Assembly (NCBI GenBank): GCA_041674705.1
Contig: JBAYVF010000001.1
Location: 129,238-193,237, forward strand
Direction of reading: 5' to 3'
Origin: Candidatus Omnitrophota bacterium
Lineage (GTDB): Bacteria > Omnitrophota > Omnitrophia > Omnitrophales > Aquincolibacteriaceae
DNA length: 64,000 bases
The translations under genes were made by a program, and so were the position numbers. Below the pieces are notes generated by a model. That model saw nothing but the letters and a program-made list of their open reading frames with translations. It ran no database searches and was not told the origin of the DNA. This document shows positions 54,634 through 63,744 of this stretch, in pieces. Position 1 is the stretch's first letter, and every line of letters begins with the position of its first letter.

Positions 54634-55758
54634 ATGGCCCTTTCTCCCAAGTTGAAAAATAAGAAGCAGGCGCATATTGCGGCCCATCATGGCCGGAAAT
54701 TACTCCGGTTCCTGGAAAAGAAGAAAGAGGCTCTTTCACCCCTTCTGATCGTGACGCATGACTACCCCGATCCGGACGCGATTGCGACGGCCATGGCGCT
54801 TCAATATCTTGCGGAACGCCTCTATGGGATCAAGTCCCGGATCGTGTATAAGGGGATCATCGGGCGCGTGGAGAACCGGGCGATGGTGGATCTCCTCAAA
54901 GTTCCGATCCACAAGTTTCGCCCTTCGGACATCAGAAGTTATGAGCATGCTGCGCTGATCGATACCCAGCCCGAATTCGAGAACAATCCTTATCCGCGGA
55001 ACAAAAAAGTGACCCTCGTGATCGACCAGCATCCTTATGTGAAGCGGCCCTTCGCGGAACTTGCCATTATCGATCCGGAATGCGGCGCTACGAGTGTGAT
55101 TCTGACCCAGGCGCTACTCCTGAGCGGCCTCGAGATCCCGAAACGGGTTGCGACCGCGCTGGCTTACGGGATCCTTTCGGACACGCTTAATCTTTACCGG
55201 GCCCACCGGACAGACATCATTCAAACCTATCTGGATATCCTGCCGCTTTGTGACATGCGGGCCCTGATCCGTATCCAGAATCCGCCGAAATCCAAGAAAT
55301 TCTTCAGCACGCTGAACCGGGGGCTTCAGGGCGCGCGCGCCTTCCGGGGCGTGATCGTGTCGCATCTCGGGGAAGTGGAACATCCGGATCTTGTTTCTGA
55401 GATCGCGGATTTTCTTCTGGCCTATAAAGGCATGGAACGATCGCTTTGCACGGGGCGCTACAAAGATAAACTGCATGTTTCTTTGCGCAGTAACCGGCCG
55501 ACGGATGAAACGCCGGAGATTCTCCGCGACATTTTTGATGATCGCAAAGAAGCCGGCGGCCACGACATGGTCGCGGGCGGCAGCTTTCATGTGCGCGGCA
55601 AGGATAAAGACGATACCCGCTGGCGGGAGGCTGAGGCCTTGCTTGTTTCGCGGCTTCTCAAACGTTTGAGGCTTCCGGTTCAGCCTGATTTCTATAAGCC
55701 TTTTCAGCACGAAAAACCCGAATTGGTTTCCAACAAAAGAACTTTAGGAAATGAATAA
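54634..55758 (+). CDS. DHH/DHHA1 family phosphoesterase (NrnA-like)
   Basis: THDYPDPDAIATA (DHH) and GGHDMVAGG (DHHA1) motifs. Confidence 0.8.
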   Translation: MALSPKLKNKKQAHIAAHHGRKLLRFLEKKKEALSPLLIVTHDYPDPDAIATAMALQYLAERLYGIKSRIVYKGIIGRVENRAMVDLLKVPIHKFRPSDIRSYEHAALIDTQPEFENNPYPRNKKVTLVIDQHPYVKRPFAELAIIDPECGATSVILTQALLLSGLEIPKRVATALAYGILSDTLNLYRAHRTDIIQTYLDILPLCDMRALIRIQNPPKSKKFFSTLNRGLQGARAFRGVIVSHLGEVEHPDLVSEIADFLLAYKGMERSLCTGRYKDKLHVSLRSNRPTDETPEILRDIFDDRKEAGGHDMVAGGSFHVRGKDKDDTRWREAEALLVSRLLKRLRLPVQPDFYKPFQHEKPELVSNKRTLGNE

Positions 55759-57490
55759 AAAAGCCGTTTCTTCTCTTATGATTCGACTCAAAGTGAAAGC
55801 CCTATCCTTAAGTGTCCTTTTTCTCTTCCTGGCGTCCCTTGCTCAGAGCGGGGCTCTCTTCGCGGCGAATGAAGATAGGACGGGTTCGGGAGCGTCCGCG
55901 GCCGTCCAATTGGCCAAGATTGACGATCAGGCCAAAAACCAATTATTGAAGCCCCGAGCTGCCAAACCCTTAGCGTTCGAGGAAGAGCAAGCCCCGGAAG
56001 CTCCGTCGACTGGTCCCTCCTTTTTCATCAAAAAGATCATCCTTGAAGGGGATATGATGCTCGATCCGAAAGAATACGAGCCGCTCCTCCAAAAATACGA
56101 GAATCGGGAAGTTCGTTTCGACGAGTTGCAGAGGCTTATCAATGCCCTTGAGCAGCTGTACCGCGCAAAAGGATTCATCGCGGTTGTATTGCTCCCGCCC
56201 CAGAAAATGGAAAATCGGGAGGTCCATCTTAAGGCTGTGACCTCGCGCATGGGCAAGCTTTCGATCGAGAACAACCGCTATTATGCTAAGTGGCGGACGC
56301 GATCCTATTGGAAAACGCGTCAGGGGAGTGTCCTCCGGTATGACAATATCCGCCGCGATGTAATGGATATGAATGAAAATCCTGACAGGACCGTGAAGCC
56401 CATCCTGAAGGCGGGCGCCGAAAAAGGGACGACCGATGTAGTATTGGATGTCGAGGACCATTTGCCGCTTCACGGGGGTTATTCCTTCGACAACCAGGGC
56501 GTCAAGCTCACGGGAAAGGACCGCCAAGGGTTTACGCTTCGCAACAACAACATGCTTGGGCTGGATGATACGTTCCTGATTGGTACGACTTTCGGGAAAG
56601 TTTTTGGCGCGATTTATCTTTATCATGTGATCCCGATCTCAAATTTCGGGACGAAATTCATCTGGTCTATCAGCCACGCGCAGGTCAATCCCAAAAAAGA
56701 GTTTTCAATCTATGGGATTAACGGAACTTCCGAGACTTACAGCCTGGCCCTGCAACAGCGTGTGATCCGGACCGACAAATATTCCGGCAACGTCACGCTC
56801 GGATTTGATTTCAAAGAAAAACACACCTCCCAGCTGAGCGAGACTGTGGCCTGGGATAAAGAACGCGTCATTTCGCTCAAAGGAGACCTCCAGGCGCGCG
56901 ACCGGTGGGGTGGTTGGGGAACGAGCCAGGGCGTTTTTTTTGGGCTTCCAACCTTTAGCGATGATTGGGCGCTGGCGAGCGGCGGCGGGGTACAATCTTT
57001 TTTCAAATACACGGGTTCCTTGACCCGTTTGACGCTCTTACCCTGGCGGACCAAGGCGATCTGGGATGTTCAGTCGCAACTTTCGCCGGATCAACTCCTG
57101 CCTCAGGAACAAATGTTCCTGGGTGGCGCCAATTCCGTCCGTGGTTATCCGGAAAGTGATTATGGCGCCGACAGCGCCATTCAATCCCGGCTGGATTATA
57201 TGCTGCCGCCGTATGGGATGCCGGACTCCTGGAAGCTTCCGTTTGACAACACTCCGCTGAAGGATCAGTTGAACGCGCTCGCTTTCTTCGATACAGGCTA
57301 TGGGCGGGCGCATGATCCCGGGGATGAGGAAAAACGGTCTGATTTTCTGATGGGCGTCGGCGGCGGGTTCGAGCTTCGCTTTCGGAAGTATATTACCGCG
57401 CGCATGATGTGGGGTGTCCCGTTGGGGGATGATCCGATCACTGAGAGCGGGAAGTCCCAGCTCCATTTCACGTTCAGCTTCAATTACTAA
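55751..57490 (+). CDS. ShlB/FhaC/HecB-family two-partner-secretion transporter (TpsB)
   Basis: Signal peptide, POTRA region (FFIKKIILEGDMML...), C-terminal beta-barrel ending ...FTFSFNY. Confidence 0.78.
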   Translation: MNKKAVSSLMIRLKVKALSLSVLFLFLASLAQSGALFAANEDRTGSGASAAVQLAKIDDQAKNQLLKPRAAKPLAFEEEQAPEAPSTGPSFFIKKIILEGDMMLDPKEYEPLLQKYENREVRFDELQRLINALEQLYRAKGFIAVVLLPPQKMENREVHLKAVTSRMGKLSIENNRYYAKWRTRSYWKTRQGSVLRYDNIRRDVMDMNENPDRTVKPILKAGAEKGTTDVVLDVEDHLPLHGGYSFDNQGVKLTGKDRQGFTLRNNNMLGLDDTFLIGTTFGKVFGAIYLYHVIPISNFGTKFIWSISHAQVNPKKEFSIYGINGTSETYSLALQQRVIRTDKYSGNVTLGFDFKEKHTSQLSETVAWDKERVISLKGDLQARDRWGGWGTSQGVFFGLPTFSDDWALASGGGVQSFFKYTGSLTRLTLLPWRTKAIWDVQSQLSPDQLLPQEQMFLGGANSVRGYPESDYGADSAIQSRLDYMLPPYGMPDSWKLPFDNTPLKDQLNALAFFDTGYGRAHDPGDEEKRSDFLMGVGGGFELRFRKYITARMMWGVPLGDDPITESGKSQLHFTFSFNY

Positions 57491-57525
57491 ACCCTTTCCG
57501 GTCCTGTTTCTTTTCCTTTAATTGA

Positions 57526-57555
57526 TTGCCAAGAATTTCTGTCAAAGGCTATAAT
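57526..57555 (+). promoter_or_regulatory. possible sigma-70 promoter for lemA
   Basis: TTGCCA, 18-nt spacer, TATAAT. Confidence 0.4.
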
Positions 57556-57599
57556 ACGACCGTTGTTTTTCCCACCGTAGCATCAAGGAGGATTGCTTT

Positions 57600-58196
57600 A
57601 TGAAAAAGGCATTGCTTATCACGCTCGGAGTTATTGCTCTTATCGCGCTTTTCGTGGCGCTTGTATTTGGCGGCGTTTATAATAACCTTGTGACCAAAGA
57701 AGAAGGCGTCACAAGTGCCTGGGCTCAGGTGGAAAATGTGTATCAGCGGCGGTTGGATCTTGTGCCGAATCTGGTTGCAGCGGTGAAGGGTTACGCGGCG
57801 CATGAAAAAGAGACCTTCCAGAATGTGGTGAATGCCCGCGCCAAAGTTGGGCAAATCAATGTTTCTCCCTCCGTCATCAATGATCCCGGACAACTCGCCA
57901 AGTTCCAGGAAGCGCAGACGCAAATGACATCCGCGCTCAGTCGCCTCCTTGTGGTTGCGGAACAATATCCCGACCTCAAAGCTAGTCAGAATTTTCTCGC
58001 GCTTCAGACTCAATTGGAAGGCACCGAAAACCGTATCACAGTCGAACGTAAACGTTTCAATGAAGCGGCCCAGGATTTCAACGCTTTTCGCCGCCGTTTT
58101 CCGAATGTGATCGTCGCCAGCGTCTTGGGCTTTAAGAACAAAGCCTATTTTCAGGCTGATCAGGACGCCAAGACCGCTCCGCAGGTAAAATTTTAA
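57600..58196 (+). CDS. lemA: LemA family protein
   Basis: N-terminal TM helix and the YNNLV...WAQVENVYQRR signature. Confidence 0.9.
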   Translation: MKKALLITLGVIALIALFVALVFGGVYNNLVTKEEGVTSAWAQVENVYQRRLDLVPNLVAAVKGYAAHEKETFQNVVNARAKVGQINVSPSVINDPGQLAKFQEAQTQMTSALSRLLVVAEQYPDLKASQNFLALQTQLEGTENRITVERKRFNEAAQDFNAFRRRFPNVIVASVLGFKNKAYFQADQDAKTAPQVKF

Positions 58197-58248
58197 TACC
58201 GGATTAAGACCCGGTGTTCTTTGTAACACCGGGTCTTAATAAGGATGC

Positions 58249-58977
58249 ATGCGCAAAAACCTCAGATCTGTTTTTCCAACGCTTTTTTTTCTGTTTCTCG
58301 CCGTTCCTTGCCTGTTCGCCCTTGAAGTCCCGAAAAGCGCGGACGGTTACGTGACCGATCGCGCAGGGCTTTTGTCTCCGCCTACCAAGGCAGTTCTCGA
58401 AAGGGAACTTCGCGCCTTCGAAGAAAAAACTTCCAATCAGATCGTGATCGCCACATTCCCGTCCCTTGAAGGCGATTCACTCGAAGATTTTTCAATACGC
58501 CTTGCCGAGGCCTGGAAAGTGGGCCAGAAAGGCCGTGATAACGGCGTTATCTTTCTCATCTTTAAGAATGACCGAAAGATCCGTATCGAAGTCGGCTATG
58601 GCCTGGAGGGTGTTCTGACGGACGCTTTGTCGGGCCAGATCATCAGCCAGGTGGTTGCGCCGCATTTCCGCCAAGGAGATTATGCAGGCGGGATCTTGGC
58701 AGGGACGGATGCGATCATGAAGGCCACGCAGGGAGAATTTAAGGGTGTGCCGCGGAAAGAAAAACCGGCGGCTGGAGTGCGATTGATCTTTCTTTTAGGC
58801 GTCTTCTTTCTTTTCCATTTTTTCGCTCAAGCAAACTCTCATAACATCGGACGCCGGGGAAGGGGCGGCTTTTTTCTTCCCATGGGCGGTGGCTTCCGGA
58901 GCGGAGGTGGAGGATTCGGCGGGTTTAGTGGCGGGGGGGGCGGGTTCGGTGGCGGTGGAGCGTCAGGAGGGTGGTGA
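58249..58977 (+). CDS. TPM-domain protein with TM segment and Gly-rich tail (YgcG-like)
   Basis: YVTDRAGLLS...QIVIATFPSLEG TPM motif; classic LemA neighbour. Confidence 0.85.
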   Translation: MRKNLRSVFPTLFFLFLAVPCLFALEVPKSADGYVTDRAGLLSPPTKAVLERELRAFEEKTSNQIVIATFPSLEGDSLEDFSIRLAEAWKVGQKGRDNGVIFLIFKNDRKIRIEVGYGLEGVLTDALSGQIISQVVAPHFRQGDYAGGILAGTDAIMKATQGEFKGVPRKEKPAAGVRLIFLLGVFFLFHFFAQANSHNIGRRGRGGFFLPMGGGFRSGGGGFGGFSGGGGGFGGGGASGGW

Positions 58978-58981
58978 TTTT

Positions 58982-59422
58982 ATGCGCATAACTTATCCGA
59001 TGTTTTTCTTTTCAAGAAAAGAGAAAAAACAGATTCTGGCCGCGGTCCAGGCGGCGGAAAAAAACACCTCCGGGGAGATCCGCGTGCATCTGGAATACCG
59101 CGCCCTCGGTCCTGTTTATGGCCATGCCCAGAAGGTCTTTCAGCGGATCGGGATGACCAAGACCTCCGAGCGCAATGGGGTTCTGATCTTTCTTGCGACC
59201 CATGACAAGAAGTTCGCGGTGCTCGGGGATGTCGGGATCAATGAAAAGGTTCCCGAAGGGTTCTGGAACGACGTGGTGCTGATCATGCAGGAACACTTTA
59301 AACAAAACAAGTTCGCCGAAGGTATCTCGGAGGCCGTCCTGCGTATCGGAGAAAAGCTCAAGGCCTATTTCCCTTATCAAAAAAATGATAAGAACGAGCT
59401 TTCGGATGGAATATCTTACTGA
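58982..59422 (+). CDS. TPM-domain protein (DUF477-like)
   Basis: AEKNTSGEIRVHLE motif; third member of the LemA-TPM-TPM triad. Confidence 0.78.
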   Translation: MRITYPMFFFSRKEKKQILAAVQAAEKNTSGEIRVHLEYRALGPVYGHAQKVFQRIGMTKTSERNGVLIFLATHDKKFAVLGDVGINEKVPEGFWNDVVLIMQEHFKQNKFAEGISEAVLRIGEKLKAYFPYQKNDKNELSDGISY

Positions 59423-59424
59423 AC

Positions 59425-59515
59425 AAAAAGCGTAAGTAGTATGTGGCGGGTAGATCCAGCGAGCTGGCTTTAGCTAACTACTACCTACTACTTACCACCT
59501 ACTACATACTGGTTT
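59425..59515. repeat. imperfect hairpin with GTA / TAC heptad-periodic arms
   Basis: 59432-59453 vs 59488-59509 are complementary at 17 of 22 positions. Right arm reads TAACTAC TACCTAC TACTTAC CACCTAC TACATAC. Confidence 0.55.
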
Positions 59516-59519
59516 CAAA

Positions 59520-60047
59520 ATGGACATCCACGATTCCTGGGAAAAAGCGCTGAAAGGCACTGAGATCATCCGGCCGCGCGTCCAACCTCTCCAGACGTTT
59601 GAGGCGACACAAATTCCGTATGTTTTTCTGGCTGAGTCGGTGGTGAATCATGGCGATACGGTGGTGCGCAAGGGCGAAGTGACCGTCGATAAACCTTCGA
59701 TCATCCTGCCGCCGAATTTGCCGCAATTTGAAGGGTTCGAGTTCGATAAAGAGTTCAGGGGAGTTGAGGATTATCTGACGACCTTTCTTTTGGTCCGCGG
59801 GATCCGCTTTCCTTCCATGAAATATGAGAATAAAATAGCGTCGCTGGATATTCGCGAAGAAAAGCTTTCGAAGGCGGTGGAATTTTTCTCGCACGCGCTT
59901 CAACGGCAGGAGAATATTTCGACAGGGCTTGTGATCGGCCCGGAGGATTGTTGGCAGTTCTCGATCCTGATCTTTATCTGCAGCCAGATCACGCGTTCGG
60001 CCGAAGGGGACATCCGCAAGCTCTTCGACCGGTTTCGTGACGCATGA
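59520..60047 (+). CDS. hypothetical 175-aa protein
   Basis: Long ORF with coding-like composition; no RBS and no motif recognised. Confidence 0.5.
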   Translation: MDIHDSWEKALKGTEIIRPRVQPLQTFEATQIPYVFLAESVVNHGDTVVRKGEVTVDKPSIILPPNLPQFEGFEFDKEFRGVEDYLTTFLLVRGIRFPSMKYENKIASLDIREEKLSKAVEFFSHALQRQENISTGLVIGPEDCWQFSILIFICSQITRSAEGDIRKLFDRFRDA

Positions 60048-60063
60048 TTGCTGAAAGGATAAA

Positions 60064-61929
60064 GTGCTTGTTGAAAACCCGGATCTTATGAAAAAAATAG
60101 ATTACTCGTCATTTTTAAGTTCCAAGTGCGGAAAGATATGGAAGAAGGTCGGCGCCCGGCGGCGCGCCGGCGTTACCGCCCCTCTTTTTTCACTTTATTC
60201 CAAGAAAAGTATCGGGATCGGTGAGGCGCCGGATCTGAAACTCCTGATCGACTGGTGCAAGAAGACCGGCCTTTCCATTATCCAGCTTCTCCCCTTAAAT
60301 GACGTCGGCTTCGATTTCCGTCCTTATGACGCCCAAAGCAGTATGGCCCTTGATCCGATGTATCTTTCCCTCGAAAGCCTCACGGGTTGTGACCTTAAGG
60401 CTTTTTCCAGGGATCTCCGGGCGCTACGCAAACAGTTTCCCGCCGGAAAAGCCCGGGTGGATTATGGGGTTAAAAAAGCCAAGGTCGAACTTTTAACCAG
60501 GATCTTTCAAAGCCCCGCGTCTTCCAAAAGAGAAAAAAAATTCCTGAACTTTCTCAGGGCGAATAAAAGCTGGCTCGAAGATTACGCTATTTTCAAGACC
60601 TTGAAAGAAGAATCCCAGATGAGCGGGTGGATGGATTGGCCCGAGGGCCTTAGGGCCAAACAGCCTAAAGCCGTCGCCGCAATCATCAAAAAAAATAAAG
60701 CCAAAGTCCTTTTCCATAAATGGCTCCAGTGGCAGCTTTTTGAACAGTTTAAGGATGTGAAGCAATATGCCGCAAAACGCGGAGTCCTTCTCATGGGCGA
60801 TATGCCATTCCTGGTCTCACGGGACAGCGCGGATGTCTGGGCCCATCAGGAATATTTCCGGCTCGATCTTTCTTCCGGCGCGCCGCCCGATCTTTATTTT
60901 GCCCAAGGTCAGCGCTGGGGCATGCCGCCCTACAATTGGGGCAGGATCGCTGAAGATGATTTCCGGTATGTGCGCCAAAAAATGAAATGCGCGGAGAATC
61001 TTTTCGATCTTTACCGGATCGATCACTTTGTCGGGATGTTCCGTCTCTGGACGATCTCGCTTTCGGAACCGCCGGAGCATGCGGGGATGCATGGGTGTTT
61101 CGATCCGCAGGATGATCGCCTCTGGAAAGAACACGGCCAAAAGATCCTGGAGGTCATGCTTAAGAGCGCAAAGACGTTGCCCTGCGCCGAAGACCTTGGC
61201 GTGGTCCCGAAATGTTCTTATGAGGTTCTGGAGGAATACAAGATCCCCGGCTCGGATGTCCAGCGCTGGGTTCGGAACTGGGGAAAGGATTACCAGTTCA
61301 AGAGTGGCGATATTTACCGCGAGAATTCCATGGCGATGCTTTCAACGCATGACACGAGCGCTTTTTGCGCCTGGTGGGAATATGAGGCCGGGACGGTGGA
61401 TGAATGGTTCTTCCGTAAAAAATGCGAAGAGCGCGGCATTCCGTTCGACTCATTAAAGGAAAAACTATTTGATCTTCAGCATTCGCGGTACGGGCGCCTG
61501 CGCTGGCGTCAGGAGATCGAAAGCGTCGGGATGCTTTTGGCTATCCTGGGAAGGAATCATGATGAGGCGTGGCATATCGTGGACGCTTATCGGAGTTCTT
61601 ATGAAGAGAGAAAATTCTATTGGCACCACGTGGGCATGTCGGGTCCGGTCGAACATAAGGCCTCGCGGGAATTTGTCCGCAAAGCGCTGGAGAGCGTGAA
61701 TCACACGCGTTCGATCTTCAGTCTCCAGATCCTTCAGGATTGGCTTTCGCTCGGAGAATTCGCCGAACGGGATGCCTGGGAATACCGCATCAATGTCCCC
61801 GGAAGTATGGGGTCCGGGAACTGGTCGGTCGTAGCGCCTTTTTCCCTGGAGGCCTTGCAGAAGCTTCCGGTCAACAAGACCCTCCGTAAGATCGTGGTTG
61901 ATTCCGGACGGCTTGTTCCCATAAAATGA
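60064..61929 (+). CDS. malQ: 4-alpha-glucanotransferase (amylomaltase, GH77)
   Basis: GV.APLFSL.S....GIG...DL..L.DW and LLPLND motifs, catalytic RIDH. Start is either GTG 60064 or ATG 60088. Confidence 0.88.
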   Translation: MLVENPDLMKKIDYSSFLSSKCGKIWKKVGARRRAGVTAPLFSLYSKKSIGIGEAPDLKLLIDWCKKTGLSIIQLLPLNDVGFDFRPYDAQSSMALDPMYLSLESLTGCDLKAFSRDLRALRKQFPAGKARVDYGVKKAKVELLTRIFQSPASSKREKKFLNFLRANKSWLEDYAIFKTLKEESQMSGWMDWPEGLRAKQPKAVAAIIKKNKAKVLFHKWLQWQLFEQFKDVKQYAAKRGVLLMGDMPFLVSRDSADVWAHQEYFRLDLSSGAPPDLYFAQGQRWGMPPYNWGRIAEDDFRYVRQKMKCAENLFDLYRIDHFVGMFRLWTISLSEPPEHAGMHGCFDPQDDRLWKEHGQKILEVMLKSAKTLPCAEDLGVVPKCSYEVLEEYKIPGSDVQRWVRNWGKDYQFKSGDIYRENSMAMLSTHDTSAFCAWWEYEAGTVDEWFFRKKCEERGIPFDSLKEKLFDLQHSRYGRLRWRQEIESVGMLLAILGRNHDEAWHIVDAYRSSYEERKFYWHHVGMSGPVEHKASREFVRKALESVNHTRSIFSLQILQDWLSLGEFAERDAWEYRINVPGSMGSGNWSVVAPFSLEALQKLPVNKTLRKIVVDSGRLVPIK

Positions 61930-61982
61930 GCCCGACGCATTTTTTAAAAACCGCGTGCAGTTAAAAGGATAATCTCGCAATT

Positions 61983-62699
61983 ATGAAAATAAATCTTCGA
62001 TCGATCCTGACCGGTGTTTTACTCGTTCTGTTTTTGGACGGGGCCATTTTTTTTATCAAAAGAAATAAACCAGCGCCTTCCTCACCGTTGCCGTCCGTAG
62101 CCGGTCTTCCGACGGCTTTAAAAGTCCGAGGGCCCGCAAACGCTCCCGTAAAGCTTGTCGAATTCAGCGATTTCGAGTGTCCCTCTTGTCGTGCGGTGCA
62201 GACAGATCTCCAAGATTTTTTTAAGAGCTATCCCGGCAAGATCCAGCTGACGTTCAAGCATTATCCACTGACCTCGCACAAATGGTCCATTTATGCCCAT
62301 CAAGCCGCGGAATGTATGAACGCGCAGGGAAAGTTCTGGCCGTATCAGGACAAGGTTTATGAAAAGCAGCTGGAGTGGGCGCCTTCGACTGTTCCGCCGG
62401 TAGAGATCCTGGCGCGCTATGCCCGGGAAGTTGGCGCGGATATGGATCGTTTCGGGAAATGCATGGCGGATGTTGCGGTGACACGCGAGATTTACGCCGA
62501 AAAAGAAGAGGGGAATAAGAGGCAAGTGAACGCCACACCGACGTTCTTTCTTGGAGAAGAACGGTTCGTGGGTCCCAAAGAGATGCAGGAGCGTGGCGAA
62601 AACGCCATTCGTAAAGTTCTCGGGTTACCGCCGAAACCGCCTGCTCCCAAGAAACCGGAGCCTCTTGTTCCTGCTCCGCTGAAAGGGGCTTTGAAGTGA
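61983..62699 (+). CDS. DsbA-like thioredoxin-fold oxidoreductase with N-terminal TM anchor
   Basis: VEFSDFECPSCR CxxC motif. Confidence 0.8.
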   Translation: MKINLRSILTGVLLVLFLDGAIFFIKRNKPAPSSPLPSVAGLPTALKVRGPANAPVKLVEFSDFECPSCRAVQTDLQDFFKSYPGKIQLTFKHYPLTSHKWSIYAHQAAECMNAQGKFWPYQDKVYEKQLEWAPSTVPPVEILARYAREVGADMDRFGKCMADVAVTREIYAEKEEGNKRQVNATPTFFLGEERFVGPKEMQERGENAIRKVLGLPPKPPAPKKPEPLVPAPLKGALK

Positions 62700-63172
62700 T
62701 GATCTTTGGACAGGAGAAGACCTATCGGATACTTTTCCTTGGCCGTATGTTCCTGGGGCTGGTCTTTTTGTATTCAGGGTTCATTAAGCTTATGGAACCT
62801 GTCGAAAATTTTCAGGGGGGGATGGCCGCTTATGAGATCATTCCTTACGTGCTCATTCCGCTCCTTGCGCGAGTGATCCCCTGGATCGAATTCATCTTTG
62901 GCGCTTTTTTGATCCTGGGCTATTTGCCGCGAATGAGCGCGCTTGTCCTGGCCGGCATGTCCTGGAGCTTTGTCCTCCTGATCGCCACAACCCGCATTGT
63001 GACCGGAGCTCTTCCCGCCAATTGCGGTTGCTTCGGAGAGGGAAGCCTGCTTCATTTGAAGCCGTACCAAGTCCTTATCATGGATGTTGGCAATACCCTC
63101 ATCGGTATTCGTCTTGCCCTTCTCAAAATCCATCCGTTTAGCCTCGCCGCTTTCCTCAAAACAAAGTCCTGA
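62696..63172 (+). CDS. MauE/DoxX-family membrane protein
   Basis: LVFLYSGFIKL and CGCFG motifs; start overlaps the DsbA-like stop. Confidence 0.7.
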   Translation: MMIFGQEKTYRILFLGRMFLGLVFLYSGFIKLMEPVENFQGGMAAYEIIPYVLIPLLARVIPWIEFIFGAFLILGYLPRMSALVLAGMSWSFVLLIATTRIVTGALPANCGCFGEGSLLHLKPYQVLIMDVGNTLIGIRLALLKIHPFSLAAFLKTKS

Positions 63173-63195
63173 GCGAGGTGCTGGAAAAAAAGACA

Positions 63196-63378
63196 GTCCC
63201 AATTCGTGTCATCCCGCCGCTACAAAGGCGGGATGGGGCAGTCCTCGTCAACCATTTAAGAAGTAAAATTTATGACGAGGACAGAACTTCTGAAATTTGG
63301 TATACTTCCGTCTCTTATTTGACCCCAGATTCGTTCGGGGCGCCCTGATTTCTATAAAAATTTCAAGGAAATCAGGAC
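63196..63378. repeat. mixed-orientation array of REP/BIME-like palindromic units
   Basis: Four units: GTCCCAAT...(ATCCCGCC/GGCGGGAT)...GGGGC; GTCCTCGTC/GACGAGGAC; CCCCAGA..TTCGGGG; CCTGATTTC/GAAATCAGG followed by ACTGCC. Confidence 0.7.
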
Positions 63379-63498
63379 TGCCTCCGAAGTCTGTTGAGAT
63401 TTTTAATTAAGGTTCATCGGGGCGTAGCGGTCGCCACTAATGCTTGGGCGGCCAGCCCCCCAGTGTTTCAGTGGCGGGCGCAGCAGAATAGATTAAAA

Positions 63499-63744
63499 AT
63501 GAATTATTGTGTTTATATTCTGGAAAGTCAGAAAAACGGTTCGCGGTACATAGGCTTCACCCAGGATCTGGCAAAGCGCCTTCAGGAACATAATTCCGGG
63601 AGAAATGTTTCTACCCGAAGCAAAGGGCCATGGAAGCTCTTATATTCTGAAGAGCAGCCAACAAAATTATTGGCTGGGAAGCGTGAAAAGTTCTTTAAGA
63701 GTGGCCACGGACGAATTGTTATAAAAAATCTCATCGGGGCGTAG
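63499..63744 (+). CDS. small GIY-YIG nuclease-family protein
   Basis: YCVYILES...RYIGFT (GIY-YIG), RLQEHN, KREKFFK motifs. The stop codon lies inside tRNA-Pro. Confidence 0.85.
   Translation: MNYCVYILESQKNGSRYIGFTQDLAKRLQEHNSGRNVSTRSKGPWKLLYSEEQPTKLLAGKREKFFKSGHGRIVIKNLIGA

Noticed and set aside
58860-58977. Gly-rich GGGF/GGGG coding repeat as a possible nucleotide tandem repeat or G-quadruplex element
   Set aside because: It is the in-frame C-terminal Gly-rich tail typical of YgcG/TPM proteins, so it is compositional rather than an independent element.
63418-63460. Second tRNA-Pro gene or split/intron-containing tRNA upstream of the GIY-YIG ORF
   Set aside because: Only the acceptor 5' strand and a GCTTGGG fragment match. 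No D-stem complement, T arm or 3' acceptor strand can be drawn, and the downstream tRNA-Pro is complete on its own.
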